From the NCBI GenBank assembly GCA_963837555.1, contig CAWINU010000009.1:12277-76276 (forward strand): a DNA stretch of 64,000 nucleotides, given 5' to 3'. Made by a program: the position numbers and the translations under genes. This document shows positions 9,441 to 19,144 of this stretch, piece after piece. The first letter of the stretch is position 1, and the number at the start of each line of letters is the position of its first letter. The DNA comes from an uncultured Alphaproteobacteria bacterium (GTDB lineage: Bacteria > Pseudomonadota > Alphaproteobacteria > Micropepsales > Micropepsaceae). The notes beneath the pieces were generated by a model. That model was not told the DNA's origin. It worked only from the letters and a program-made list of their open reading frames with translations, and made no database searches.

Positions 9441-10631
9441 ATGGAGCCCGCCAGTCTGGTCGGGGCGAACGGGATGACTCCAAACGAATCTGACCTCCAG
9501 GCTGGCTGGATAAAAGCACAGCCGCGGGACAATGGCCTGCTGCTCGAAGCGGGCGGCGACTGGATAGTTGCGCACGCGGCGCAACTGGACGGCCAGTTGA
9601 ACGATGTCGCCGCTGCCGATGCGGACCATTCCGGCGCCGTGGAGATTGACGCCGCCGGCATCAGGCGGCTCGACAGCGCCGGCGCCTGGCTTCTGGTACG
9701 CACAAGGCGTGCCTTTGAAAAGCAGGGCCATACCATCAGCCATTTCACCTTGCCGCCGCTTTACGACGAACTCGTCGAATCGATTGGCGAACACAAATCG
9801 CCTCCGGTGGAAATAAAACGCCAAAAGAATTTCGAAGTGATGCTTGAGCGCGTTGGCCACGCGACGGTGGACGCAGGCAAACGGGGTTACGGCATGTTGG
9901 GCTATCTCGGCCGCGTGACCGTGGATGCCGTCGAGGCCTTTATATCTCCGCGCGGCAATCTGCGTATCGCTGCCATTGTTCGTCAGGTAGAGGAAACCGG
10001 AATCAATGCGCTTCCGATTGTCGGTCTGTTGCTGTTTTTGATCGGCCTGGTCCTGGCCTATCAGGGCGCCGACCAATTGGCGAAAGTGGGCGCCGAACGC
10101 TTCACCATAAACCTTCTCGGTATCAGCGTGTTGCGAGAACTGGGCGTGCTGATCACCGCCATTATCGTGGCGGGGCGGTCCGGCTCGTCCTTCACCGCGC
10201 AAATCGGCACCATGCGGGTAAATGAAGAAGTGGATGCCATGCAGACCTTGGGTCTCAACACGGTCGATGTGCTGGTGCTGCCGCGCATCATTGGCCTGAT
10301 GATAACCCTTCCCCTGCTTACGCTTTTTGCCGACATCGTGGCGATGATCGGCGGCGGCGTGATGTGCTATTTCGAACTTGGCATTACGGCACCCGCCTTT
10401 CTGCGTGAAGTCCAGCAGGCCGTTTCACTCAATACCTTCTTGGTCGGCATGATCAAGGCGCCGGTCTTTGCCTTCGTCATCGGACTTGTCGGGTGCTTTG
10501 AGGGATTACAGGTAGAGCGCAATGCCGCCAGCGTGGGCAAGCTCACCACGCGTTCGGTTGTGGAATCCATTTTCCTTGTAATCGTTATTGATGCCGGATT
10601 TTCCATCATGTTTTCCATTATGGGGATTTGA
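9441..10631 (+). CDS. MlaE-type ABC permease with N-terminal STAS-like domain
   Basis: LDSAGAWLL, LRELGVLITAIIVAGRSGSSFTAQIGTMRVNEEVDAM. Confidence 0.92.
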   Translation: MEPASLVGANGMTPNESDLQAGWIKAQPRDNGLLLEAGGDWIVAHAAQLDGQLNDVAAADADHSGAVEIDAAGIRRLDSAGAWLLVRTRRAFEKQGHTISHFTLPPLYDELVESIGEHKSPPVEIKRQKNFEVMLERVGHATVDAGKRGYGMLGYLGRVTVDAVEAFISPRGNLRIAAIVRQVEETGINALPIVGLLLFLIGLVLAYQGADQLAKVGAERFTINLLGISVLRELGVLITAIIVAGRSGSSFTAQIGTMRVNEEVDAMQTLGLNTVDVLVLPRIIGLMITLPLLTLFADIVAMIGGGVMCYFELGITAPAFLREVQQAVSLNTFLVGMIKAPVFAFVIGLVGCFEGLQVERNAASVGKLTTRSVVESIFLVIVIDAGFSIMFSIMGI

Positions 10632-11405
10632 ATGGAAAAACGCGCCGACAAGGACGTGGTTATCCGGGTACGGGGGCTGGTCACGGCCTTCGGCAAAAAA
10701 ATTATTCAGGATCATGCCGACCTCGACGTTTACCGCGGCGAGGTGCTGGGCGTGGTCGGAGGCTCCGGATCGGGAAAATCCGTGCTGATGCGTACCATCA
10801 TCGGCCTGAACCGGCGGCGCGAAGGCAGCATCGAGGTGCTGGGACAGAATACCGCCGAACTGGACAGGGCGGGCTGGAGAGCCCTGGAAATACGCTGGGG
10901 CGTTTTATTCCAGGACGGCGCCTTGTTCAGCTCGCAGACCGTCGCCGAAAACATTCAGGTCCCGTTGCGCGAATATACCGGCATGTCCCAGCAATTCATG
11001 AACGAAATCGCCTCCATGAAGCTGACTATGGTCGGGCTGCCGCCCGATACGGCAGACAAGAAGCCTTCCGAACTTTCCGGCGGTATGAAAAAGCGCGCGG
11101 GGCTGGCGCGGGCCCTGGCACTCGATCCGGAGCTGCTGTTTCTCGACGAACCGACATCGGGCCTCGATCCGATCTCCGCCAACAAATTCGACGAACTAAT
11201 CGCGGGATTGCAGAAAAGCCTTAAATTGACGGTTTTCATGGTGACTCACGATCTCGATTCGCTCCACGCCGTGGCCGACCGCGTGGCTGTGCTCATAAAC
11301 AACAAGATAAAGGTCGGCACCATCGAAGAACTGCGCGGCGACAGCGATCCTTGGATCCAGGAATATTTTTCCGGTACCCGCGGTCGCGCCGCGCTGGCCT
11401 CATGA
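10632..11405 (+). CDS. MlaF-type ABC ATP-binding protein
   Basis: GGSGSGKS, ELSGGMKKRAGLARALALDPELLFLDEPT. Confidence 0.94.
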   Translation: MEKRADKDVVIRVRGLVTAFGKKIIQDHADLDVYRGEVLGVVGGSGSGKSVLMRTIIGLNRRREGSIEVLGQNTAELDRAGWRALEIRWGVLFQDGALFSSQTVAENIQVPLREYTGMSQQFMNEIASMKLTMVGLPPDTADKKPSELSGGMKKRAGLARALALDPELLFLDEPTSGLDPISANKFDELIAGLQKSLKLTVFMVTHDLDSLHAVADRVAVLINNKIKVGTIEELRGDSDPWIQEYFSGTRGRAALAS

Positions 11406-11419
11406 GAAGGCATTAGGAA

Positions 11420-12280
11420 ATGGAAACAAATGCAAATTATGTTGCCGTCGGCGCCTTCGTACTGGCCTGCATGATCGGGCTTGTGGTCACCATCATGTGG
11501 CTCGCCGGTATGCAATACAGCCAGGAATACGATTATTACGAAGCCGATTTCAAAGGGCCCGTTACCGGCCTCGGCAAGGGCACGGTGGTCCGCTACAACG
11601 GCATCGATGTCGGGCACATAGCGGACCTTGCTTTTAACAGAGACGATCCGCAAAGTGTCATCGTAAACCTTCAGGTTCGGCCCGGCCTGAACATACGCAC
11701 CAACTCCGAAGCCTCGATTGAAAGCGAAGGCATTACCGGCGGCACCTATGTGGAAATCAGCGGCGGCACGGCCAATGCGCCCCTGCTGGTTGCGAAAAGG
11801 GGAGAACGCTATCCGGTTATCAGAAGCAAGCAATCCACGTTTCGCCAGCTCGAACAAACGCTGCCTCAACTCATTTCCAAACTCACCATGGTTGCGGAGC
11901 GCATGAACGGTGTATTGAGCGACGATAATCGCAAGGCCTTTTCCGATACCTTGGCCAATCTGAATCAAACCACGCAGACGCTTGCCGCGCGCTCTGCGGA
12001 CATAGACAAGACTTTACGCAACGCCAGCGCCGCCTCCGACCGGCTTGGTCCTACACTGGAGCAGGCCGAAGCCTCGCTGAAAAAATTCGACCAGCTGGCC
12101 GCCCATGCCGACGACTTTGTCACCGGCCCGGCGCTGGCGCAGGTCGGCGACATGATGGCGGATCTGCGACGCCTCACGGTAAGTTTGAACAAGCTATCCC
12201 GCGATCTCGATCAGCAGCCTACCCGGCTGCTGTTCGGAGACAGGCGCGAGGGATATGTGCCGGAGGATACCAACCAATGA
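11420..12280 (+). CDS. MlaD/MCE-domain protein
   Basis: METNANYVAVGAFV, VTGLGKGTVVRYNGIDVG, helical C-terminal tail. Confidence 0.92.
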   Translation: METNANYVAVGAFVLACMIGLVVTIMWLAGMQYSQEYDYYEADFKGPVTGLGKGTVVRYNGIDVGHIADLAFNRDDPQSVIVNLQVRPGLNIRTNSEASIESEGITGGTYVEISGGTANAPLLVAKRGERYPVIRSKQSTFRQLEQTLPQLISKLTMVAERMNGVLSDDNRKAFSDTLANLNQTTQTLAARSADIDKTLRNASAASDRLGPTLEQAEASLKKFDQLAAHADDFVTGPALAQVGDMMADLRRLTVSLNKLSRDLDQQPTRLLFGDRREGYVPEDTNQ

Positions 12281-12915
12281 AAAAACTCAGCACAAGGCGC
12301 GACATTCTTCTTTCGGGCACTACGCTTATGCTGCTTGCGGGTTGCAGCGACCTGATGGGACCGCCGCCTGCCTCACAGCTATACATTCTGCGACCGGGCG
12401 AAGTGCCCCTCGATCCCGGCCCCAAAGTGACCTGGTCGCTAACGCTGCAATCGCCGGTCGCCCCGGACAATCTGGACTCGCAACGCATCTCTCTGGTGCG
12501 CGGCAACACCATGGATTTCTACGCCAATGCCGAATGGCCCGAACGTCTCACCGATATGGTTCAAACCGCCCTGCTTGAAGGATTTGAACACAGCAACCGC
12601 ATCGACCGGGTCTCACGCAGCGAGGACGGCATCAGATCGGATTATCTTCTGCAAACTGATATCCGCAATTGCGAAGCCCGGTATGAGACTGCAGAGGGTG
12701 CGCCTGCCTTGGAGGTGCGGATTGCGGCCAGGCTGGTCCGTACCGCCGACCGCCGGATTGTGTCGACCGTCATCGCCGAGCGGCAGATCCAGGCCGCCCG
12801 CAACAGCGTGCCCGCCGTGGTCGACGCCATGGATCAGGCGCTCGGCGCGGTGATCGCGCTGATCGTGAATTGGGCACTCGCCGCCCCTGCACCCACAACC
12901 GAGATCAATGAATAA
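12277..12915 (+). CDS. ABC-type transport auxiliary lipoprotein (PqiC-like)
   Basis: Lipobox LAGC, YANAEW, last gene of the MCE operon. Confidence 0.85.
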   Translation: MKKLSTRRDILLSGTTLMLLAGCSDLMGPPPASQLYILRPGEVPLDPGPKVTWSLTLQSPVAPDNLDSQRISLVRGNTMDFYANAEWPERLTDMVQTALLEGFEHSNRIDRVSRSEDGIRSDYLLQTDIRNCEARYETAEGAPALEVRIAARLVRTADRRIVSTVIAERQIQAARNSVPAVVDAMDQALGAVIALIVNWALAAPAPTTEINE

Positions 12916-12981
12916 TGTAACCGGATTTATGCGGGAACCATTGGCTGTTTTGGTAATTATTAGAGGAACGGGAGAAACACC

Positions 12982-13152
12982 ATGCTGAAATGGGCTTTCA
13001 TTTTCTTGGTCATCGGCCTGATTGCCGGACTTCTTGGCTTCACCGGGATCGCGGGCGCCTCCATTGCCATCGCCAAGGTCCTGTTCTTCATTTTCATGCT
13101 CATATTCCTGGTGCTGCTGATTGCGGGTCTGACCGTGGCGCGCGGCCTGTAG
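12982..13152 (+). CDS. DUF1328/YtjA-family small membrane protein
   Basis: Manual translation [56 protein letters not shown] (56 aa) with GGAG RBS; below the ORF-track cutoff. Confidence 0.9.
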   Translation: MLKWAFIFLVIGLIAGLLGFTGIAGASIAIAKVLFFIFMLIFLVLLIAGLTVARGL

Positions 13153-13158
13153 GCGCAA

Positions 13159-14971
13159 CTAAGAGCCCGGACTGCGCTCGATGTCTTCACGCAGCATCTC
13201 AAGCTCGACCCAGCGGTCCTCGACGGCGGCCAGTTGAGACTGAAGCTGCGCCAGGCGTTCGCCTAGCGCGGCGAAACGCACATGATCGCTGGCGTATAGG
13301 TCGCCCTCGCCCATTTCCCGCTGCAGGGCGGCAATCTCTGTCGCCAAATTTTTCCATCTGCGCCGGCAGCGTTTCCAGCGCGTGTTTATCCTTGAAGCTG
13401 AGTTTGCGTTGGCGGTCAGCCGGCTTTTTGCTTTCGGCGCTGCGGGCGGATTTCGGCGCCGCGACTGTTTTGGCCTCAACACCCTGGCCGCGCTGGGCCA
13501 GCATGTCGCTATAGCCTCCGGCATACTCGATAAAGACGCCCTCGCCCTCCGCCATGACCGTGCTGGTCACAACGCGGTCCAGAAAATCGCGGTCATGGCT
13601 GATCAGCAGAACAGTGCCGGAATAGTCCGCGATCATTTCCTGCAACAGATCCAGCGTCTCAAGATCCAGATCGTTGGTGGGCTCGTCCAGCACCAGAAGG
13701 TTGGATGGCAGGGCCAGAGACTTGGCCAGCAGCAGCCTTCCGCGCTCGCCGCCTGACAGCACGCGCACCGGCGTGCGGGCCTGTTCCGGCGAGAACAGGA
13801 AGTCCTTCATATAGCTGACGACATGGCGCGAGCGCCCCGCCACCACCACATTATCGCCATGGCCGCCCGTCAGCGCATCGCGCAGCGTCTCATCTTCCTG
13901 CAAGGCGGCACGGCCCTGGTCGAGCACGGCGATTTCCAGATTGGCGCCCAGCACGATTTGGCCGCTATCGGGCGGCAACCGCCCAATCAGCATGTTGAGC
14001 AACGTGGTCTTGCCGGCGCCGTTGGCGCCGACTATGCCCACCCGATCGCCCTTGAGAATTCGAGTCGAAAAATCCCCCACGATCTTGCGGTCCCCGAAGC
14101 TCTTGGCAATGTGCCGCGCTTCAATGACGCGCGTGCCGGATTGCCCGGCATCGGCGGCAGACAGCTTCACATTCCCCTGCGCCTTGCGGTGTTCGCGCCG
14201 CTCGCGCCGCATCTGGCCCAGGATCGCCAGCCTTTTCTGATTGCGCTTGCGCCTCGCCGATACGCCATAGCGCACCCAGTCTTCTTCCATCGCGATTTTG
14301 CGATCGAGCTTGTGCTGCTCCAGCTCTTCCTGTTCCAGCACGGAATCGCGCCAGGCCTCGAATGCGGCAAAGCCCTTATCGAGCAATCGCGTGCGGCCCC
14401 TGTCCAGCCACAACGTGCGACGCGACAGATTGGACAGAAAGCGGCGGTCATGGCTGATCAGCACCAGTGCTGTATTACGCATCGACGACAGTTCGCCTTC
14501 CAGCCATTCGATTGCGGGAAGATCGAGATGGTTTGTCGGCTCGTCCAGCAACAGAATGTCGGGAGATGGCGCCAGCACCCGCGCCAGCGCCGCGCGGCGG
14601 CTTTCTCCGCCGGAAAGATGCTGCGTGGATTCTTCGCCCGTCAGGCCCAGTTGGCCCAGAAGATAATGCGCCCGGTGCGGCGAGTCCCCCGGCGTCAGTC
14701 CCGCCTCGACAAAGTCGCGGATGGTGGCATGACCGGTGAAATCCGGCTCCTGCGGCAGATACCGCACCGATGCGCCCGGCTGCGCGAAGCGTGTGCCGCC
14801 GTCTGGATCCAAAAGTCCGGCTGCAATCCGCAACAAGGTGGATTTTCCCGAGCCGTTGCGCCCCACCAGGCACAGTCTTTCGCCCACTTCCACCGAAAGA
14901 TCGGCGCCATTCAGCAGATCGCTGCTGCCGAGCGTCAGACGGATGTTCTGTAACAGAATAAGAGGTGCCAT
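13159..14971 (-). CDS. ABC-F family ATPase (Uup-like), one apparent frameshift near 13345
   Basis: Two ABC cassettes (GRNGSGKS/LSGGE/DEPTNHLD and GANGAGKT/LSGGE/DEPTNDLD). The C-terminal coiled coil (LATEIAALQ...EDRWVELEMLRE) continues in another frame after an A/T homopolymer. Confidence 0.9.
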
Positions 14972-15477
14972 CAGCGTGCGCGCTTGGCCGCCTGAATTTC
15001 GTTTTCCAGCGCGCCCAGAAAACGCGAGCGGTCCTGCTTGCTGAATCCGGCATGGTAGGTCTGCCCACCGGTCGCTTCGCGCAAATGCTGGTTAAGGTCG
15101 CGCATACTGAGCGCCATGCCGATATTGTCCTGGGTAAAAACTTTTCCACTGGGGCTTAGCACGCGCGCCTGCTTTTTCAAGCAGCGCGCCGCCAGCGGTA
15201 TGTCGGCGGTGACCGCGACATCGCCCGCCGCTATGCGCTCGACGATCCAGTCATCCGCAGCATCCGCACCCGCGGCAACAATTACCGTTTCGACAAGCGG
15301 ATGCGGGCTCGGACGCAATCCGCCATTACTGACTATGTACACGGCAAGACGGTGGCGATCGGCAACGCGGATGACTTCGTCCTTTACCGGACAGGCATCG
15401 GCATCGACAAAAATCCCGGGTGCATCGGCCAAAAGATCCTCACAACGGCTTTCATAACAGGCGCTCTTACTAGCCAA
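14971..15477 (-). CDS. YaiI/YqxD (DUF188) family protein
   Basis: IFVDADACPVK, DAADDWI, VTADIPLAARCL. The true start is probably ~15 codons downstream of 15477. Confidence 0.9.
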   Translation of the reverse strand: MASKSACYESRCEDLLADAPGIFVDADACPVKDEVIRVADRHRLAVYIVSNGGLRPSPHPLVETVIVAAGADAADDWIVERIAAGDVAVTADIPLAARCLKKQARVLSPSGKVFTQDNIGMALSMRDLNQHLREATGGQTYHAGFSKQDRSRFLGALENEIQAAKRAR

Positions 15478-15569
15478 TCTATCCCGCCCGCGCCCCTAAA
15501 AATCGGTGGAACATCGTAAAAAGTCAGGACTTCTGCGGGATTTCGGCGGATCCGACAAGGTCGCAAATC

Positions 15570-16538
15570 TTGTCAGAAACCTTGATCGGCGAAGGCCCGG
15601 GATTACTTATCAGATGGGGCCCTGTATCAACGTGGCGGCCGTTCCAAGCCAGCGGGAGTTTCAGCTTGCCCAGCCTGTCTGCTGCATCGATCACCAGTGC
15701 CCTGAATCTCCAGGTGCCGCAGATCCGCAACCTCACAGGTGCGGGCTTGCTGGCCGCTGCCATGATGCTGGCTTGCGCCCTGCAGACCGACAGCCTTGCG
15801 ACGGTACCGGTCACAGCGGTTGCTCCCGCTGCCGTGACAGTCGCAACGGTGGCGGCGCCTGTCGGCCTTTCCGAATTCCAAAAAGAGTCGGCCATGAGCA
15901 CGGCCCAACTGATCGCCCGCTGGAATCCGATCATTGCCGACGCCTCGAAACGCTTTGGCATTCCGGAGAACTGGATTCGCGCCGTGATGCGCGCCGAAAG
16001 CGGCGGAAAGACAATGCTAGGCGAGCACCAGCCAGTCGTATCTACGGCCGGCGCCATGGGCCTGATGCAGGTCATGCCGGACACCTACACCATATTGCGC
16101 ACGGCTTATGGCTTGGGCGCAGACCCATTCAACCCGCAGGATAATATCATCGCCGGCACCGCCTATCTGCGCTGGTTGAAAGCCAAGTACGGCTATCCCG
16201 CCATGTTCGCCGCCTACAATGCCGGTCCTGGTCGCCTGGAGCAGTATATTCAGCTTGGGACGCAATTGCCGACGGAAACGCGGCTCTATGTCGGCAGCAT
16301 CACACGCGCCCTGGAACCGGAGCAAAAAACCGGCGGCGGATTTGCACACCTCACGCAGCCCGACGGCACGGTAATTCCGATTGACGCAAAATCCGTCACG
16401 GCGATTCGCGCCGCCCTGCCCGGCGAATTCGCGCCCGGCGTCCAGACGGTGCTGACAGTCGGCCAGCGTCTCCAGGGAGTCCGCGAATCAGTACAAGCGG
16501 CCACGGCGGCGATCCGGGCGGCTGGGCTCACACTCTGA
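15570..16538 (+). CDS. lytic transglycosylase (SLT domain) with small C-terminal domain, paralog 1
   Basis: AVMRAESGG, GAMGLMQVMP, NIIAGTAYL, FAAYNAGPG. Start uncertain. Confidence 0.9.
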   Translation: MSETLIGEGPGLLIRWGPVSTWRPFQASGSFSLPSLSAASITSALNLQVPQIRNLTGAGLLAAAMMLACALQTDSLATVPVTAVAPAAVTVATVAAPVGLSEFQKESAMSTAQLIARWNPIIADASKRFGIPENWIRAVMRAESGGKTMLGEHQPVVSTAGAMGLMQVMPDTYTILRTAYGLGADPFNPQDNIIAGTAYLRWLKAKYGYPAMFAAYNAGPGRLEQYIQLGTQLPTETRLYVGSITRALEPEQKTGGGFAHLTQPDGTVIPIDAKSVTAIRAALPGEFAPGVQTVLTVGQRLQGVRESVQAATAAIRAAGLTL

Positions 16539-16692
16539 AAATTTATGGTTAACTGATTCGCGGCGGCGCTGTTATGCGCACATAATCGCCACACGATGAG
16601 ATTTTATGTTTCGCCGCGTCCGGCTGCGGGAACTATGGTTGCGCGCGTCGGTTAATACTCCGAAGGGGCACTCAAATATTCTGGAGTGCAAA

Positions 16693-16890
16693 ATGTCCGC
16701 TCATCACCTTGTCCTTAGCCGGGACTATTACAATCCGAAATTTCTTCGTCTGCCGCGCAATCAACGCGAGGCCGGTATCGACCATATGGAGTGGGAGGAC
16801 CGTCTTAAGCCATTGCGGCCGCTTGCCGTCGATGTCGGGGTCGCGGTCAGCGCGATGCTCATGCTGGCAGGTGGGCTGGTCTATTTGTGA
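16693..16890 (+). CDS. small hypothetical protein with C-terminal TM helix (65 aa)
   Basis: GGAG RBS before ATG 16693; MSAHHLVLSRDYYNPKFLRLPR...VGVAVSAMLMLAGGLVYL. Confidence 0.6.
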   Translation: MSAHHLVLSRDYYNPKFLRLPRNQREAGIDHMEWEDRLKPLRPLAVDVGVAVSAMLMLAGGLVYL

Positions 16891-17213
16891 TCGCATTACA
16901 AAAATTTATGAGGGGGCAGTTTCTCGGGGGCGCCGGAAATCGTTGCGGTTTTTAGATTCGGTTCCTCAGCGTTCCGGCGGTTCCAGCGAAACTCCTCCCG
17001 CTGACAAAATTTCGTCTTGATTAACAAGCCACTCCGGTTAGCTTCGCGCGCGATCTGGTTTCGCGCGGCGGCTTGACTGCCGAGTAACCGGATCTGGCCC
17101 CGGACTTTCGTCGATGGACGAAGGTTCTGGCGCATCGCGCAATAGACGCGATCGCGGGCCCTGCAAAACATATTGGGCGAGCCGAATGATATTCGGCGCT
17201 ATCGGAGTAGAAG

Positions 17214-18092
17214 GTGGATATATCTGCTGTCGACCGTTCGGCGAACGGACAAAACCTGTTGACGTTTCCAGTTCATTGCCTCCTTGCAGTGTTGGCTACG
17301 CTCACCGCGGTGATGCTGCTGCGAAGCGTGGAGATGGGCATCAATGACATGCGTGTGCCATCGGCCATGGTATCGCTGAAAGATCTGGCGGATGAGGCCC
17401 TGGTGCCGGCGCCGCCATCGGATTTCGAGCGGGAAATGCTGATGACGCCGCGCCAGTTGTTGGACCGCTGGAATCCCGTCATCGCCGCCGCCTCGAAACG
17501 CTTTCACATTCCGCAAGCCTGGATTCTCGCTGTCATGCGTCGTGAATCCGGCGGCCGAACCATGCTGGACCAGACGCACAAAATTGCCTCCCCTGCGGGC
17601 GCGCTCGGCCTGATGCAGGTCATGCCGGGCACCTATCAGGAGATGGCCGACCAGTACGGTCTCGGTGCCGACCCGCTTGATCCGAAAGACAATATCTTTG
17701 CCGGCGCGGCCTATCTGAGCCGGCTGCACAGGAAATACGGCTACCCAAATATGTTCGCGGCCTATAATGCCGGGCCTGGGCGTCTTGAACAGCATCTGGC
17801 AAACGGCAGTGTGCTCCCGGGCGAGACCAGGGCATATGTCGCCAATGTTACGCGCTATGTGAAATCGGGTGCAGCAGCCCGCAAGACGGCAGTCATCAGG
17901 CTGACCAACTCCGACGGTAAGCCTCTTGCAATCGATGCTTCGCAGGTCACCGCCGTCCGTTCCGCCCTGGAGGGCGAATTTCCCGATCAGGTCAAGACCG
18001 TCCTCAGTCTGGCCGATGGCGGCATTCAGGGCGTACGGGAAAACATCACTCTGGCGATGGCTGCGGTTAAATCCGCCAAGGTCGCGCTCTAG
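17214..18092 (+). CDS. lytic transglycosylase (SLT domain) with small C-terminal domain, paralog 2
   Basis: AVMRRESGG, GALGLMQVMP, NIFAGAAYL, FAAYNAGPG; N-terminal TM segment. Confidence 0.9.
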   Translation: MDISAVDRSANGQNLLTFPVHCLLAVLATLTAVMLLRSVEMGINDMRVPSAMVSLKDLADEALVPAPPSDFEREMLMTPRQLLDRWNPVIAAASKRFHIPQAWILAVMRRESGGRTMLDQTHKIASPAGALGLMQVMPGTYQEMADQYGLGADPLDPKDNIFAGAAYLSRLHRKYGYPNMFAAYNAGPGRLEQHLANGSVLPGETRAYVANVTRYVKSGAAARKTAVIRLTNSDGKPLAIDASQVTAVRSALEGEFPDQVKTVLSLADGGIQGVRENITLAMAAVKSAKVAL

Positions 18093-19144
18093 CGATACTC
18101 GTCATTGATGGCGGCCATGGCCTTGGACCCGGGACACAAGGTTGCCTCGCCCAGACGATTAAGCGGTGCCGCCACCGTATTCAAATGATCGTGCAGGTCT
18201 TCCGCGCCTTCGTCGATGAACAGCAATCCCGTGACCAATTCCCCGGCTTCGGCACGCTGATGCAGATAGCTCATGGCGCTGACGCGATTGGTCGGATCAT
18301 AGTCGGTATGCAGCTTGGCCAGCTTCAAGTAGGAACCATCATGCTGCTTGACCAGCGTCGTGGTGCCAGGCTCGTAATCGGCAGTGATCTCGTCGCGTGC
18401 CGGAACGAAATCCACCCTGTTTACGGCCTCATTATGGGCCCGCACAAAATCATAGCTTTTGGTCGAACCGGCGTGATTATTGAACTGCACGCAGGGGCTG
18501 ACTATGTCGAGAAAGGCCGGTCCCTTATGGGAAATGGCGGCCCGCAACAGCGGCACCAGTTGCTTCTTGTCGCCGGAAAAACTTCTGGCCACGAAGGTAG
18601 CGCCGATAATCAGCGCCAGGCTCACCAGATCCATTGGCTGATCCAAATTGGTGCCGCCGGCTTTCGACTTCGAGCCCTGATCGGCGGTAGCGGAAAACTG
18701 GCCCTTGGTCAGGCCGTATACGCCGTTATTTTCGCAGACATAGACCATGTTGACGCCGCGCCGGACGCAATGGGCAAATTGCCCGAGCCCGATGGACGCG
18801 CTGTCGCCGTCGCCGGATACGCCCAGATAGATCAATTCGCGATTGGCCAGATTGGCGCCGGTCAGCACGCTTGGCATGCGGCCATGCACGGAATTGAACC
18901 CATGGCTTTGGCCGAGCAGATAATCCGGCGTTTTGGACGAACAGCCGATGCCCGACAATTTCGCGACCCGGTGCGGCTCGATATTCAACTCGTAACAGGC
19001 CTGAATCAGCGACGCGCTGATCGAGTCATGGCCGCAGCCGGCGCATAAGGTCGAGATCGTGCCTTCATAGTCGCGATGGGTAAAGCCCAGCGCATTGGGC
19101 GTGAGGCCGGGATGACGCAACTTCGGTTTGGTGATGTAGGTCAT
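18089..19144 (-). CDS. korB: 2-oxoacid:ferredoxin oxidoreductase beta subunit
   Basis: STLCAGCGH, SGIGCSSKT, VHGRMP, GDGDSASIG TPP-binding motif, NNGVYGLTKGQFS. Confidence 0.92.
   Translation of the reverse strand: MTYITKPKLRHPGLTPNALGFTHRDYEGTISTLCAGCGHDSISASLIQACYELNIEPHRVAKLSGIGCSSKTPDYLLGQSHGFNSVHGRMPSVLTGANLANRELIYLGVSGDGDSASIGLGQFAHCVRRGVNMVYVCENNGVYGLTKGQFSATADQGSKSKAGGTNLDQPMDLVSLALIIGATFVARSFSGDKKQLVPLLRAAISHKGPAFLDIVSPCVQFNNHAGSTKSYDFVRAHNEAVNRVDFVPARDEITADYEPGTTTLVKQHDGSYLKLAKLHTDYDPTNRVSAMSYLHQRAEAGELVTGLLFIDEGAEDLHDHLNTVAAPLNRLGEATLCPGSKAMAAINDEYR

Noticed and set aside
13330-13360. Programmed frameshift in the ABC-F gene, and likewise in bioF, bioA and korA
   Set aside because: Indels are scattered across many unrelated conserved genes, several at homopolymers; sequencing error is the simpler explanation.
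15570-18092. VirB1-type transglycosylases marking a conjugative element
   Set aside because: No type IV secretion, relaxase or other mobility genes are nearby.
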